Positions 12,001 to 32,029 are shown, counted from the first letter of the stretch. The stretch: 64,000 nt of DNA from Ministeria vibrans ATCC 50519 (GCA_943704425.1 CALSCP010001275.1:18766-82765); one strand, 5' to 3'. A program made the numbers and translations. Notes: generated by a model not told the origin, from the letters alone.

Positions 12001-15000
12001 TGCTGTCTCCTCCACCACGCGAGTCTTACCAATGCCAGGCGGGCCCTCCAAGAGCAGGGGTGCATCGCCCAGGATAGCAATGCCAATGCGCGAGAGGTTG
12101 GCAATAAAGGTGGGTGTGGTGCAAACAGAGAGACGGGCATTGGCCAACTGCGTGGCGCGTGTGTCGACATCCCAGGCGCCCGCATGGTCGTCGGGAAGAA
12201 TGGGATTCTGCGAGGAAAAGAGGGGGACCTGTTCCTCATCGAATCGTGAGTCGTACTTGTCGTTAGCGGCGGCGTCATCGTCACCGCCACCACCACCACC
12301 GCCGGGTATGGTAAAGTTATCTGGGAGTGTTGGGCGAACCACAATGCCCGAGTAATGGAGACGGAAAAAGCCGTTGCGGAGGACCTGAACAGGGTTGTTG
12401 AGGTCGTCGATAGAAGTGTCAGAACCAGCTTTAGGAGGTCTGAAGATGCGCAGGGAGGCAGGGGGTGGCGGTGTAGTCTCTTCATGCTCGTAGAGCTTTT
12501 TCCACCATTCGTCAATGACGCGCTCCTGCTCGTCAATCGTGAACTCATCAAAGAAGAAGGACTTGAGTGCAATGAGCACACGATCAGCAAGCGGGACGTG
12601 TGGTGGGCAGGCGACGATGAAGTCGGCGGAGCGGAACAGCTGATGAATGTCTGGGGAGCGACCAAGTGCAGGCTTCTGCGCACGGAGTGAGCGACGCAGA
12701 CCGTTTGGGTCGAATAGTTGATGCAGTGACTCGTTGAGCTCTTCGGCGGGAGGTGTCGGGCGCAAACGACGGTTTAAATCGGCGCGGACAAGTTTCTTGA
12801 CGTCTGGCTCGCCGTACTCGGTCGTAGAGATAACGGTGAAACGCGAGAGAGTCGCTGGACTCACTTTGATTGGCTGTGCGGCGGAGGCACGATGAATGGA
12901 GGCAAATACCTGAAAGCCAGGAAGAATATGCAAACCTGTGGCGTCACTGGTGATGTTCTCGGTGACGTTCAGCGACGGATCTGGCTCGAGCAGAGAATTG
13001 AGGCGTTCCGTGACAGCCTGGCTTGGCGAGTCAAAGTCTTCAAGGAACAGCAACTGCGCCTTTTGTGCCGCAACCGTCACAGGTCCTGCGCGGAAGCGAA
13101 ACGACGGTTGTGTCGCATCACGGCAGCTGCCAATCGCCTCGCGCGACCACTCAAGCTCCTCTAACAGGCTACAGAGCACAGCATCTTGGGGAAGCAGCTG
13201 TTGCAAGTTGCGCAAGTGGCTGCACACCTTGCTGATGTACTGAACAAGCTCGTCGGTGGCCGGGATGGGCGTGGATTCATCGGCAGTGTCCTTTGCGTTC
13301 GGCAGCAAGGCGTCTTGGAAGAGTTGCGAAGTCATGATAGACGGTCCATCTGACGCGTTGCTGTCGTTGTCGCCTTCCGAATCGTACAGCAACGAAGAGT
13401 GAGCAGCTTCAACCGACGACAAAGGCACTGCAGCTGCGTGGTTGTCGTCGTCGCTGTCTGACTCGTAGCGAGGAGGAGCAGGGGATAGGACAATCTTTTG
13501 GTCGTTGTCCGACTCGCAGTGGGTGGGGGCGGCGGCGGCGGAGGAATCGGCAGCGGGGGCAGTCACGTCTTGGTCGCTGTCTGATTCGTAGCGGGCAAAC
13601 AGATCAGCGGAGGAATCGACAGCGGGGGTAGCCACGTCTTCGTCGCTGTCTGAGTTGTAGCGGGCAGGGGGAGCAGTCATGGGATCAGTCGTGGAAGTAG
13701 GGAAAGAATTGACAGCAGATATAGCCACGTCTTCGTCGCTGTCTGATTCGTAGCGGGCAGGGGGAGCAGTCATGGGATCAGTCGTGGAAGTAGGGAAAGA
13801 ATTGACAGCAGATGTAGCCACGTCTTCGTCGCTATCCGAGTCGTAGCGAGCAGGGAGAGGCGTAGTCTGGGGTGGACTCTCTCGAGTGACGAACACGTTG
13901 ACGTCGTCATCTTCGGATTCATCTTCATCGTCCGTGTCAATGATGTCAACCACCTTGGTGCCCACACGATTTTCCGGCAGCAAAAAGTCATCGGAGGCGC
14001 GCAGATCGTCCATGTTGATGCCACTGCCATAGTGAGCTTCGGGTACGATTGCGTCGACAAGAAGCGCCGCTGCGTCCATAGCAATGCTCTCCTCTTCCTG
14101 TTCTCGTTCCATGGCACGCATCCGCTCTTGTTTTTTCACGTCCTTTGCGCGCTGATCCATGGCATATAAGAAGGTAGTGGCCGTGGTCTCCAACAGACGT
14201 GTGCTCTCATTGGCATGTTGTCGAGCAATGGTAGTTGACTCGCTATTGAGCGCCCCTGTTGTGCGTTCGACCAATAGATGCACGCGGTCGCACGCGGCCG
14301 ACGCAAGAGGGTGCACTCCCTTGACAATGTCACGGAAGGCAATTGGACGAATCTCGCCCACCAGGTCACTTGTCTCCGTGTCAGGCGTGAGAAAAAGCTT
14401 GACCAGTTGCTCCGAGGCACCGTAGAGCTCACAGAAGGCGCGAACCAATGTAGTCTTGAATGACGTAGGACCAATGATGAGAACAGGTTCACGAAAGTGC
14501 ACCGCAAGACACAGCTGCGCCAGGGACTCGCGAAAGTTGGCAGGGAGATCGCCAAAGTGAGCCAGAAGCGTTGATTGACGCAGGCGCTCATTCACAGTGC
14601 CGGTGACGGGTAGGTGTGCATCGAGTTGAATGGATTGGCTACTGAGACTGCAGTGCAGCGTTTCGTCGTCAAAAACCAACGAGTGTAGCGAGCCGTTTGA
14701 AAGAAGATGGTCAATAGTGTCCCAACCGTCGACCTTCTTAAACGCGTTCAATAGGCACTTGTAGCCCGACGAGTCGCGAGTGTAGCGACCCGACAGAAGC
14801 GCAAATCCAACAACATGCCAGGGGGCGTCGGTAAAAGCGGCCTTGCGACGAATCCACTTCATCAACTCGCGCATTGTAATCCGCTGGGGTGTGGCACGCA
14901 GGTTGTGGTACAGTTGAGCAAGACGATCGGCGTCCTCGTCGGCAATGCGGACGTTGACACGGGCGTCGTGTCGGCGTTGAATGATGTCCGCCAGCTCGTC

Positions 15001-18000
15001 ACGAGGAAAGTCTGAAATTTGCACTTCAAGAAAGCGGTTGCGCAGCGCAATTGGCAAACGGTGGCGGTTGGCGTAAGACGCGTCGTTTTGGGTGGCAAAG
15101 AAGCGGAAGTTGGGGTGGACAAAGACCGTCTCGTTGGTAGTGGGCACAACAAGCGTGCGGTGACCCTCGAGCAGCGGAAAGAGGACGTTGAGGACGTCGG
15201 GCGGAGCCAGGTTGAGCTCGTCGGCCAAAAACCAGTGACCCTTCGAGAGGGCTGTCAACAATTTGCCTTCCTGGTAGATGAAGGAGCCGCCAACAGGCAT
15301 CCACGATCCAAAGAGGTCCTGCATCGTGATCGTGTCGGTGAAGTTGACGCGCTCAAGGCACGTGCCGCGTTCCAAGGCGAGAGCCTCAATGAGCGACGTC
15401 TTGCCCACAGCAGCGGGACCTTCAAGTAGAACAGCTGCGCCACTCAGGACACAGGCAAAGACACTTTCGGCTTGGGCAAGACGCGACCTGGTAAGAATGT
15501 GCTGACCTTGCCCGAGCGAAGTGTCTGGCAGGAGGGTCACACCGTCGGGTGAGCCACCATCACGACCGGAGGAAGGGAAGCACTGGCCAATAGCGCGGTG
15601 TAGCTGCGTTGTCTCTTGGACCTGCGATGGCGTCTCAGTCTTCATTTGCGAGTAGAATACCGTGTTGAAGGCAGACCAGAGGCACGCAACAAAGGTGCTG
15701 TCTGTGTTTGTGGAGCAAAGACGTGCCGACGTGTCAATAAGGCGCACGTAGTTGCGCATCGTGATGCTCGCTCCAGCTTTAGCGTGCAAGTTGTCCGAGA
15801 AAAAGGCATGCAAGCACTTGATGACCTTTTCGAGCAGCGCTCGATCTTGAGCCGGTAAATCCTCCGGCATGAGAGTTGTCGCAATGTCCATGATCTCTTG
15901 GTGGAAGACATTTGCGTCGTTGGGGTCGCGAGAGCGTTGTGGAGCGCTCATAAAGATGCTCGTGAATCGATTTGCAAGCGCGGGAGACAGCTCGTGACCA
16001 GAGGAGCCTACACCTGCCATGGCCGAGGCGCTTTTGTCGATGGGTGTCATAGTGGCAAAAAAAGCGTATCCACGGGCCTCCTCAAGAGCCTGATCATCGC
16101 CACGCTCAATAAGACGCAGCATCGTTGGCTGTTCGAGCAGTGGGTTGAGACGCTCGATGACGGTGCCCTCGGCCTGTGACAGATTGTCTAGCAACAGCCA
16201 CCGGCCGTCTTCGTAGGCGACGTGCACGGGCCCACGCTGCCACTCAATCTTGGCGTGGTCCGAGCCGGCGGCCGGCGCGAGCTGTCCGATGAGCTGCGAA
16301 GGCTCTGTCTCGGGTGTGAGCGAGTAGTGCTGCAGACCGGGTGAGAGAAGCCAAGCAAGAGCACGGACAAGGCAACTCTTGCCAGCACCCTCATCACCGA
16401 CGATGAGCACAGGCTGGGGAGTGCGCAGTGCATGAATCACCAGCTGACACACAGCACGGGCGGTCTGTGTAAACACAAACGGTGTGTCGGGTTGTTCCTT
16501 GTCCATGATGGCGCGCTGGAGAACGCGTGTGTCGCGGGGCAGGTCAAAAAACTTGCAAAAGATCTCCGCCACAGAGTTCTGGGCCGTTATGTGCCGGAAT
16601 CGGGACGCATACAGCGAAGCACCAAGCTTTGCCAACGGTAACGAGTTGGTCGAATCAGCGAGACATGCGGCGTGCGTTGCAGAGGAGGCCTCGTGCAGCC
16701 AACGCACCACCCACTCGTCTGTTGGCATGTAGAGACCGTGGCGCTCCACAAAATTGTCCGTTGAGACCATCTCGATGACACCTGCGTGACACGAGCGAAT
16801 CGATTCAAGCCAGTCGTCATTGTCGAGAAGCTTGCGCGCGACACCCTCGGTGTGGCTAATCTTGAAGTTCTTTGCTCCGTCGATGCGGTCGAGGACACAC
16901 GTCTTGATTGGGCGTGCCGTTGGATCCATCTTCGGGTCGCCGACTGAGAAGGTGGTGCGTGTCAGCTGGAGCGGAATGTGCGTTCGCTTTTTCGTAGGGT
17001 GCAGGATGGGTTGGAGGAGTTGAGGCGCACTCCACTTGAACGACTTGTGCCAGGCACTGCACAGGAGGAGACCAAGAGCGGAGCGACCCTCGCCACGGAA
17101 TCGAGCCCCATAGATGGCCCAAGCCTGAGCGGCAAGTGTCTTGTGCAACAGCGGGTCATCAAGTATCTCTGGCGCGTTGTTGGCCGCCTCGACAACGTGC
17201 GCAGTCCACTTGAGCAGCTCACGAATAGACACATCGGCGTACGCGGCGCGCTCAACAAAGGGCTCGGTCTTGCTGCGCAGCTTGTTGGCAATGGCGGCGT
17301 GTAGGCGTTGCATGATGCGGGCGAGATGCAAAGCACGCTCTTTGGGCAACTTGTCCGACTCAAGTTTGCTGGCAACGATGGAAGTCCACTCATCGGACTG
17401 AAAGAAAAGAAGAAGTAACGTATAAAAGAATACAATTTCAAGGGAATAAGGAGTAATAATAATAATAATAAAATAAAATAATATAATACCGGTAGTTCCT
17501 CGAAGATGATGGGTGTGAAGCGATCGAGGAAGGAGCGTGAGAGAGGTTCGCGAGCGCCCTTGAAAAAGCCAGCGTTGGGGTTCTGTGCGGCAAAAAGACG
17601 GAAGTTGGGGTGCATCGTGACGGTCTTGAAAGGCTGCTGAGCGTCGGACGAATCGTAGTAGTTGAGATCGCCAGTGTCGAGGGCAGCCTCAATGCAGTGT
17701 AAAACGTCGTCGGGAGCAAGGTTGCACTCGTCGAGGAGGAGAAAGTCGCCGTTTTCAAAGGCAAGCGTAAAGTCACTCTTGCTAAACTGGAAGGTGGGAC
17801 CGGAAGACGACGCGCTAGCCTTAAGCTCAAGACGGCCTATGAGGTCGTCGATGGTCATGCGAGAGCTCATATTGGTGCGGCGCATAGTCATGTTACGCTC
17901 GTCGGCGGCCGCCATGATGATTCGTGACTTGCCCACACCGGTGGGGCCCTCGAGGAGAACGGGACCGCTCCGATCGACAGCGTCAAGAATCTTGTCGAGA

Positions 18001-20453
18001 TTGTGACGCGTCGTTGGGGTGAGGACAAGACCCTTGTTGTCGACAGAGGGTGTCTGGGTGCTCGTGGACGTCGCGTTGAGATCATCTTTGGTGAGAATGT
18101 CAGAGAGGCACCGGCGAAGTAGGGGTCCCGCGTCGATTTTCATGAGGGTGGCATGCTTCAAGACCGCCGCGAGGGCACGGAGGTCCTTTTCATTGACAGT
18201 ATGGCGATGGCGACGCCTTGAGGCGTTGGTCGCGGACGACGTGTGATCTGCATCGCTCAGAAACGTGTTGCTGCCACTGATGGAGGAGGAGGGGGATAAG
18301 GAAGGCCCACTGTCGAAAACGGACACTTCGACATCGCGAGGCTGATTGCTCATGTCACCAAGAGACTCAATGAGCACGGCCGTATTGTCGTCGTTAAAGG
18401 AGAGAGTGATGGCGAGGAGACGAGCAGAGGCCGTGACAACCGTAGGCTGCGAGTCTGCAATGTGCGTGAGCAGAACACGGGTGTGTGGAAGAAGCGCGAC
18501 ACAAAGTGGCTCGCGCAGGGAGGCGTCGGCGAGGATCGAGGCGACGCTGTCAAGCAGGGCACCGAGCGACTCTTGTGGCGAGTGGAGCACGACGGAAGTA
18601 ACAAAGTGCTCAAGAGAGCGCAGGTGAGCGTCGGCCTTGTGTGCAAGGGCAAGAGCGAGGGCGTGGAAGTTGCCGCGACGCTGAATCCATTTCGATTTGA
18701 CCAAGGGAGACGAGCCTACAACGTACGAAGCGAAATCGTTGATGATGGTTGATGGCGTGGAAATGCTCGGGGAGGCCACTAGAGTAGCAAGGATAGCAAT
18801 GGAAGCATCGCACTCAAGAGAGACGTTTGAAAACAACAGGGGGATGACGGCGTCGTTCTCGAGGATGGCGGTTGCGATCGGAGCAGGTGCACTAGTGATT
18901 AACTGGGCGAGGCAGTCAAGGAGCTCGCGTGGGGGCACAGCGGAGCGTAGCAGCACAGTGAGAATGTGTGGCACAGCCGAGGCAGCGTGGGAGGGTGCGC
19001 GGGCCAGCGTAAGTACCGCGCTGTGCGTGCACGCCTCAACAAGGGTACGGTTGGCAAGCGTTTCGGAAGCAGCCGGAACACTGGCAGCCCAGGTGGCAAT
19101 AGAGAGGAGGAACGAGGGTTCTGGATGTTCACCGAGGTACTTGAGGCACACGATAGCATCGTCAACAAGAGTGCCAGGGTCGAATTCGTCCTGGGTTTCA
19201 GCAGAGGGGTCTTGACTGCCGTGGAGAAGATCCAGAAGGGTACGAGGGGCGATTGGAATGGAAGACACCTTGGGGTTGGCGTCAAGAAGGGCACGACAGA
19301 GGCGCACAAGCGTCGCTTGAGTGGTCGGAGAAATGTCGGCGCACCAAGTGCTAAGGGACTCCAAAGTCTTGGTGGCAAACAAAGGCAGCTTGGCAAAGCG
19401 TGCAATGGCAACGTGAGTGACGCACCGACAGATGCTATCTGTGTGTGTGTCGGACTCGAGCGCCAGGCCAATGAGCGAGTCGAGGAACAGTTCCGGGAAG
19501 TTGTAATGTGCCGTGAGATCGTCGTCACACTCTAGTGGCTCGAGCCACGCAACGAGGGCAAGAAACAGGCCCTTGTGACAAGTGTCGACGACGACACGAA
19601 TGAGTTGGCGGAAACGGGCGCAGATGTGGTCTGGATGGTGCGTAAACAAAGCCGAAGCGTGTATCGTAGTGAGACGGCGGAGGATTTTTGACATCTCGGC
19701 AGCTGGGAGCGCTGCTGCCACATCCGAATTGTGCTGCAAGATGTGCTGGAGGAGCTCTCGAGCGCGCTCACTACGCGCACGGACGCCCTGACCACCATCG
19801 TGGAGCTGTGTGCGACTGAGTGGCTCGTCGGAGCAGCGGTCGTGCCACAGGACACGCTTGACGTGAACGTCGGCAGGAATCGAGACCTCATTGGCAAAAT
19901 CGCGGTGCGTATCACTTGTATCGGCTCTGGCGATAGTGAGTGGCGCGAAAAAACGGAACAGAATGCACTTGAGATATTCCGTCCCAAGCGTTGCAACTTG
20001 GTCCAAGACATCGTTGTCGAGGAGAAGGCTGACGGCGGCGTCGACGTGTCGCGAGCGAACATTCGGCTGGTCGAGGAGCTTGACGACGCGCTTGAGGACC
20101 TTCTTCTCGGGCGCGTACTTGAAGTCGTAGAGAAGACCACGGTCAATGAGCGCAGCGATTTTGACTTGATCGTAGCTCTCGTGTTGACGCAAGCGAACGA
20201 CAAGAGCATTGAGAAGACACACGAGCTGTCCAACGTAGTCGGAGTTGGTACTCTCGGTGATGAGGTGGTACAGGAGCGACGGCGAGCTTGCGTCGTCGGC
20301 GAGCAGCTTTGTCTTGAACAGCGCTTTGGCGATGCGACGCGTTGTGTCGAGATCTGCGCTGAGAACAAAGTCGATGGCACTCTCTAGCGAGACGCTCGAA
20401 GCATGGTTGGACGCCATCCGACGCATGGCCGTGATTACTCTGTCTTTATCCAT
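1..20453 (-). CDS. Giant midasin-like hexa-AAA+ protein with long helical tail, C2-like segment and ASH/PapD-like Ig domains (3' end beyond window; at least 6,787 aa)
   Basis: Exon 20453-17490 (MDKDRVITAM...FEELP), GT-AG intron 17489-17398, then an in-phase exon 17397-<1 (SDEWTSIVASKL...) with no stop found on manual translation. No listed minus ORF lies in this frame, as expected for an ORF lacking a stop in the window. Six Walker A motifs: GPTGVGKS, GDEGAGKS, GPAAVGKT, GPTSFKT, GPPGIGKT, GPTASAKT. Also DE(C/L)NLAP Walker B and HPNFRLFAAQNP / FATMNP sensor-1 motifs of the midasin/MoxR clade. Confidence 0.92.
13430..13862 (-). repeat. Coding tandem repeat (93-bp/31-aa unit plus degenerate shorter copies) in the AAA4 insertion
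   Basis: GCCACGTCTTCGTCGCT recurs at 13631, 13724 and 13817. Peptide ARY(D/E/N)SDSDEDVA(T/I)SAVNSFPTSTTDPMTAPP, with further RYESDSD-like cores to about 13430. Confidence 0.93.
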
Positions 20454-20456
20454 GTC

Positions 20457-20460
<4 letters not shown>

Positions 20461-20546
<86 letters not shown>
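20461..20546. repeat. (AG)n microsatellite serving as polypyrimidine tract of a probable 5'-UTR intron of the giant AAA gene
   Basis: Minus strand reads GTAAGT (about 20595)...(CT)n CAG|CGAC ATG. Confidence 0.85.
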
Positions 20547-20549
<3 letters not shown>

Positions 20550-20769
20550 AGAGAAGATAGTACAAGTCACAGAAACAACAACAAACGTTACTTACGACAA
20601 TGAGAGGCACCGCAGGCGGCCGAAACGCTGCCATCACATTAGTCAAGCCAATCACTAACGTAAATAACACCAGGCAAGTCTTCATTGGGAACAAAATTCT
20701 GAATCATTATAATTATTTTTGTTTATTTTGTTTACTTTAAGTTTTAACACACATATTTTTTCTTCTTCT

Positions 20770-27880
<7,111 letters not shown>

Positions 27881-28203
27881 TTACTTTTTTTTTCGCGTTG
27901 TACTCTATTATTTTCATTTTCATTTTTCCTAATTAAAAGCGTCTCCTTTGATTTTGGTCAGTATTTGAGTATTACATGAAGAAAGAACAACATAGTGGAG
28001 ATGAAAATAATAAAGAAGGGACATAAGAAAGAAAGTTCTCGAACTTCCTTGACAGATAATACAGGCAGCCAGGCAGGAGCCAATAAGGGTATTGCGTGCT
28101 CAACACGGGCAGCCTCGACAGCTTGTACGAGCATGGTTCCTTTTTTCTTTGGTCTGATCTCAATTTTAATTAATCATTTTTTTTTGTCTCTTTGTATCAC
28201 AGC

Positions 28204-30636
28204 ATGGACACGCAAGGTGACCTCCTCGTGTTCCCACTGAAGAAGACGCCCCCCGTCGACTTTGCGGGACCCCTCGGACGGCACATCCAGGCGACGTATC
28301 ACACGTCACCGGACGAATACCTCAACGAGTTCAAGCGACTCGACCGTCTGCGTCTCGATGCCACCCAAGCGGCGTCGTCCACATCGGAGACGACGCGCAC
28401 AGTAAGTTTGCTGTCCATCTGTCTGATGCGTCGCCAGGGCTCGTCCTGGAGCGTGTTTTGGGGCTGGTGATACGACACCAACACGACATCGCCTCACACC
28501 CACACACACACACACACACTCACACTCTCTCCTCTTCCACCTTGCCCCGTCTAGGCGACCCTCGAGTACTTTTGTCAGCTTGAACGGCTCTCGCTGCGCT
28601 TTCCCTTGACGTCCGCCTGGTCCGACGAGGACATCAAGCTTGACTTCTACTGGAGCGATGCTTTTCAAGTGACGACTGAGGTGAAAAAAATACTGTGATT
28701 TCCCCTCTCTCTGGCGTTTTCCTCCTCTTACAACACTGTGTCATATGTAGGTGCACCAGCGAGCATTGGCGTTTGAAAAGGCGGGAGTTCTCTTCAATTT
28801 GGCGGCGCAGTTTGCCAACGGTGCTCAGCAACAGTCGCGACACGAAGAATCGGGTGCCAAGGAGGCATGCAAGTTGCTTCAGACGGCGCTCGGGGTGCTT
28901 AAGTACATGCGTGATACCTTTGTTAATGCGCCCACGGCCGACATGAGCAACAACATGCTCAACTTTTTGTATGCTCTGGTCGAGGCGCAGGCACAGCAGT
29001 GCTACTACGAGAAGGGTGCCATTAGCAAGGTGAAGACGTCTGTGCTGGCGGGTCTGGCCAAGGCCTCAGCGCAACTCTATGACGAAGCAGTTCAGCTAAG
29101 TGTGTCGGAAGACATCGCCGGAGTACTGCCGCTGCATTGGTCGGCGACGCTGCAGGCCAAGCACAAGCATATGCTTTCGCTGATGCACTCTCACCTGGGA
29201 ACCTGTGCCGACGAGTCTGACGGCTATGGCGTGGCCGTGGCGCGCTACCGTGCTTCCGCTGCGTGTGCTGCCAAGGCTCTACAGCTCTGCTCGCCCAAAG
29301 ATCGTCGCATCAAGGTCCCCACGGGGGTCTCTGAGCTGATCCAGCTGAACAAGTTCTCGGTGGACAAGACACTTGCGCGAGCCGCCAAGGACAACTCGAC
29401 GATCTACAACGAACTAGTGCCCACTCTCGAGTCGCTCGAGGCCACCGACACGACGCCCGCACACAAACTCGTTCAAATTGTCACGCTTCAGTCGCACCTC
29501 GATGCTCACCAGGGCGCTCCCGACATCTTCCAGCGGCTCATTCCTCTCCATGCTGTCATGGGCGGCTCGCTCTACTCCGACATGAAGGACCGTCTTGCAC
29601 GCGACCTCAATGCCGAAATGGCGCTGCACGAACGCCAGCTGAGTGATACACTGCACAAAATGGGACTGCCCGAGGCGTTGCATGCGGTTGAACGGCCTCA
29701 TCAGATGCCGCGTGTACCTAGTGAGGTGGCACGCGCCGCTACCCAGGTGCGTGCAGGCAACGGACTTGCAGGTGTCACCACGGCTCGTCAGATGGTCGTG
29801 CAGATGAGCGAGCGTACTCAGGAGGCGCTGGCGGCGTTGCGAGTGCGTTGCGAAACAGCCGCTCTCGCGTTCTCTGATGACGTGGTTGCGACAGTGCTTG
29901 CGGACACGGTGCGCTTTGAGGAGGCACGGCGTCAAGCCAAGGCGTCCGACGAGCGACTGGCCGGACTGATGCACGAGTGGATGGACGACTTGTCGGCATT
30001 GAGCGCACCCGACGAAAGTCTGCTTATTGGGCGTTTTCCGCACGAGTCGCTGCTTGACACAATGCCGGCGGACGCCGAGGCTGTCGCTCGATTGCGCAGC
30101 GTCCTAGCAGACGTCGACACGCTGAAACGCGAACGTAGTGCCATTGCAGACCAATTGCGTGTAAAAATGCTCACGGACGACGTCCAGGGTCTTATTGTCG
30201 AGTGCGGTGGCGACGAGGGTCGCATGAAGACATTGTTTGACCACGAAATTCGCAAGTTTGATTCCTTTGTTGCCCGTTTTGCAGCCAACGTGCAGCAACA
30301 GCGTGCCCTTCTTACACGACTGGCGCAGGAGAATGCGCGTTTTGTGGCGTCACAGGCACCGAGCATGGATCGTGCCGACGAGCGTGCAGCTGCCACGAAG
30401 CGGCTGCTTGCGGCCGCGCGCCACTTTGACGAGCTGACAAAGAAACTCAATGAAGGGGTGGAGTTTTATTGCAAGCTTGACGAGGCTGTCGGGCGGCTCA
30501 AAGAGAAGCTCAGCGAGCACGAAGAGCGCAAGGAACGCGAAGCGGAGGCACGGGCGCGTGCTGAGGCAGTGCACGCGGAGGAGGAAGAGGAGCGACAGCA
30601 GCAGCAGCAGCAACAGCAGCAACAACAACAGCAGCA

Positions 30637-30681
<45 letters not shown>

Positions 30682-31992
30682 GCAACAGCAGCAGCAGCAG
30701 CAGCAACAACAACTGGAGCGAGCACAAAGGGAAAGTGAAGAGGCGCGATTGAGAACGGAGCGAGAAGCAGCTGTCTCAGTGGCAATGGTACCGCCACTTA
30801 CCCTGGGTGAGGTTGCCACTCCCTCTGCGCCCGATCGTTCGGTGCCTCCGTCGCCTGATTATGCTGGAGCTGCACCATCATTCCGCCCGGCTCCTCGGCC
30901 GCCCATGGCTGGGGCTGGGGCTGTCGTTGTTGGTGGAGCCGGCTCAATGACTGGTGGCGCGGTTTTGCCACCGTCGCCTGCAGTCGATGCCTGGGCGCAG
31001 TTTAAGGCACACCAAGAGCGCATTGCGTCTGAGCTACGACAGCAAGAGCAGCAGCGTGACAAGCAGCAAGGGCGCGGAAGTGGGGCTGAGACTGTGAGTT
31101 TGAGCGCGAGCGCTGCGAGTGGTGGGGGTTGGGATCGAGAGACACAGGAGAAGCGCGCACAGGCTCTGGCCGAGCAGCATCGCGCGGCAGAAGAGGAGAG
31201 GCGACAGCAACCACCCCAAGTCTCTCCAGTACCCCAAGTGGTTCCTGCGGAATCACATTCACCCTCTGGGATGGTACCGCCCGGGACGCAAGCGCCAGTG
31301 GATGTGGCAGAGCAGCAGCGGCTGGACGATGAATGGCAGCGACACATGCCGTGGAAATTGCATCAGCAGCAGCAACAACAACAGGAAATTGAAGGAGAGC
31401 AGCAGGGGCGGGTGGAGGAGCAACTGCGAGTGGCGCGAGAGGATCACGAACGACAGCGATTGGAAATAGAGAAGCAGCAACGAGTGTTGGCAGAGCAGTT
31501 GCGCGCGGTGGCGGAGCAGGAGCAGCAACGACAGGAAGAGCATCGTCGGTTGATGATCGAGGAGCAGGCGCGACTGGAGCAGCAGCGACGGGCGTTGGAG
31601 GAGCAGGCACGGCAGGAGGCACAGCGAAGGTCAGTCGAGGAACAGGCACGAATGGAGCAGCAGCGACGGATGGCAGAGGAGCTTGCACGACTGGAGCAGC
31701 AGCGGAGGGCGATGGAGGAACAGACGCGACAAGAAGCACATCGAAGGGCAATGGAAGAACAAGCTCGAATGGAGCAGGCGCGGAGGGCGATGGAAGACCA
31801 GGCACGACAGGAGGCACAACGAAAGGCAATGGAGGAGCAAGCGAGACAACAACAGCAACAACAACAACAACAACAAGAACAACAGCAGCGACAACAACAA
31901 CAACAACAACAACTACAACAGCAGCAGCAGGAGCAGCAACGACGCGCTATGGAAGAACAGGGGCGATTGGAGCAGGAGCGACAACAGCAGCT

Positions 31993-32029
<37 letters not shown>

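Noticed and set aside
26-17400. Many short plus-strand and off-frame minus-strand ORFs (for example 10157-11260, 11856-12683)
   Set aside because: They are shadow ORFs of the giant minus-strand CDS in GC-rich sequence and carry no recognisable motifs.
16962-20570. The 1202-aa ORF as a complete protein with poly-SL N-terminus and hydrophobic C-terminal segment
   Set aside because: Poly-SL is a translated (CT)n tract, and VLYYFILLLLLLL is read-through of the AT-rich 92-nt intron; the real frame shifts at 17397.
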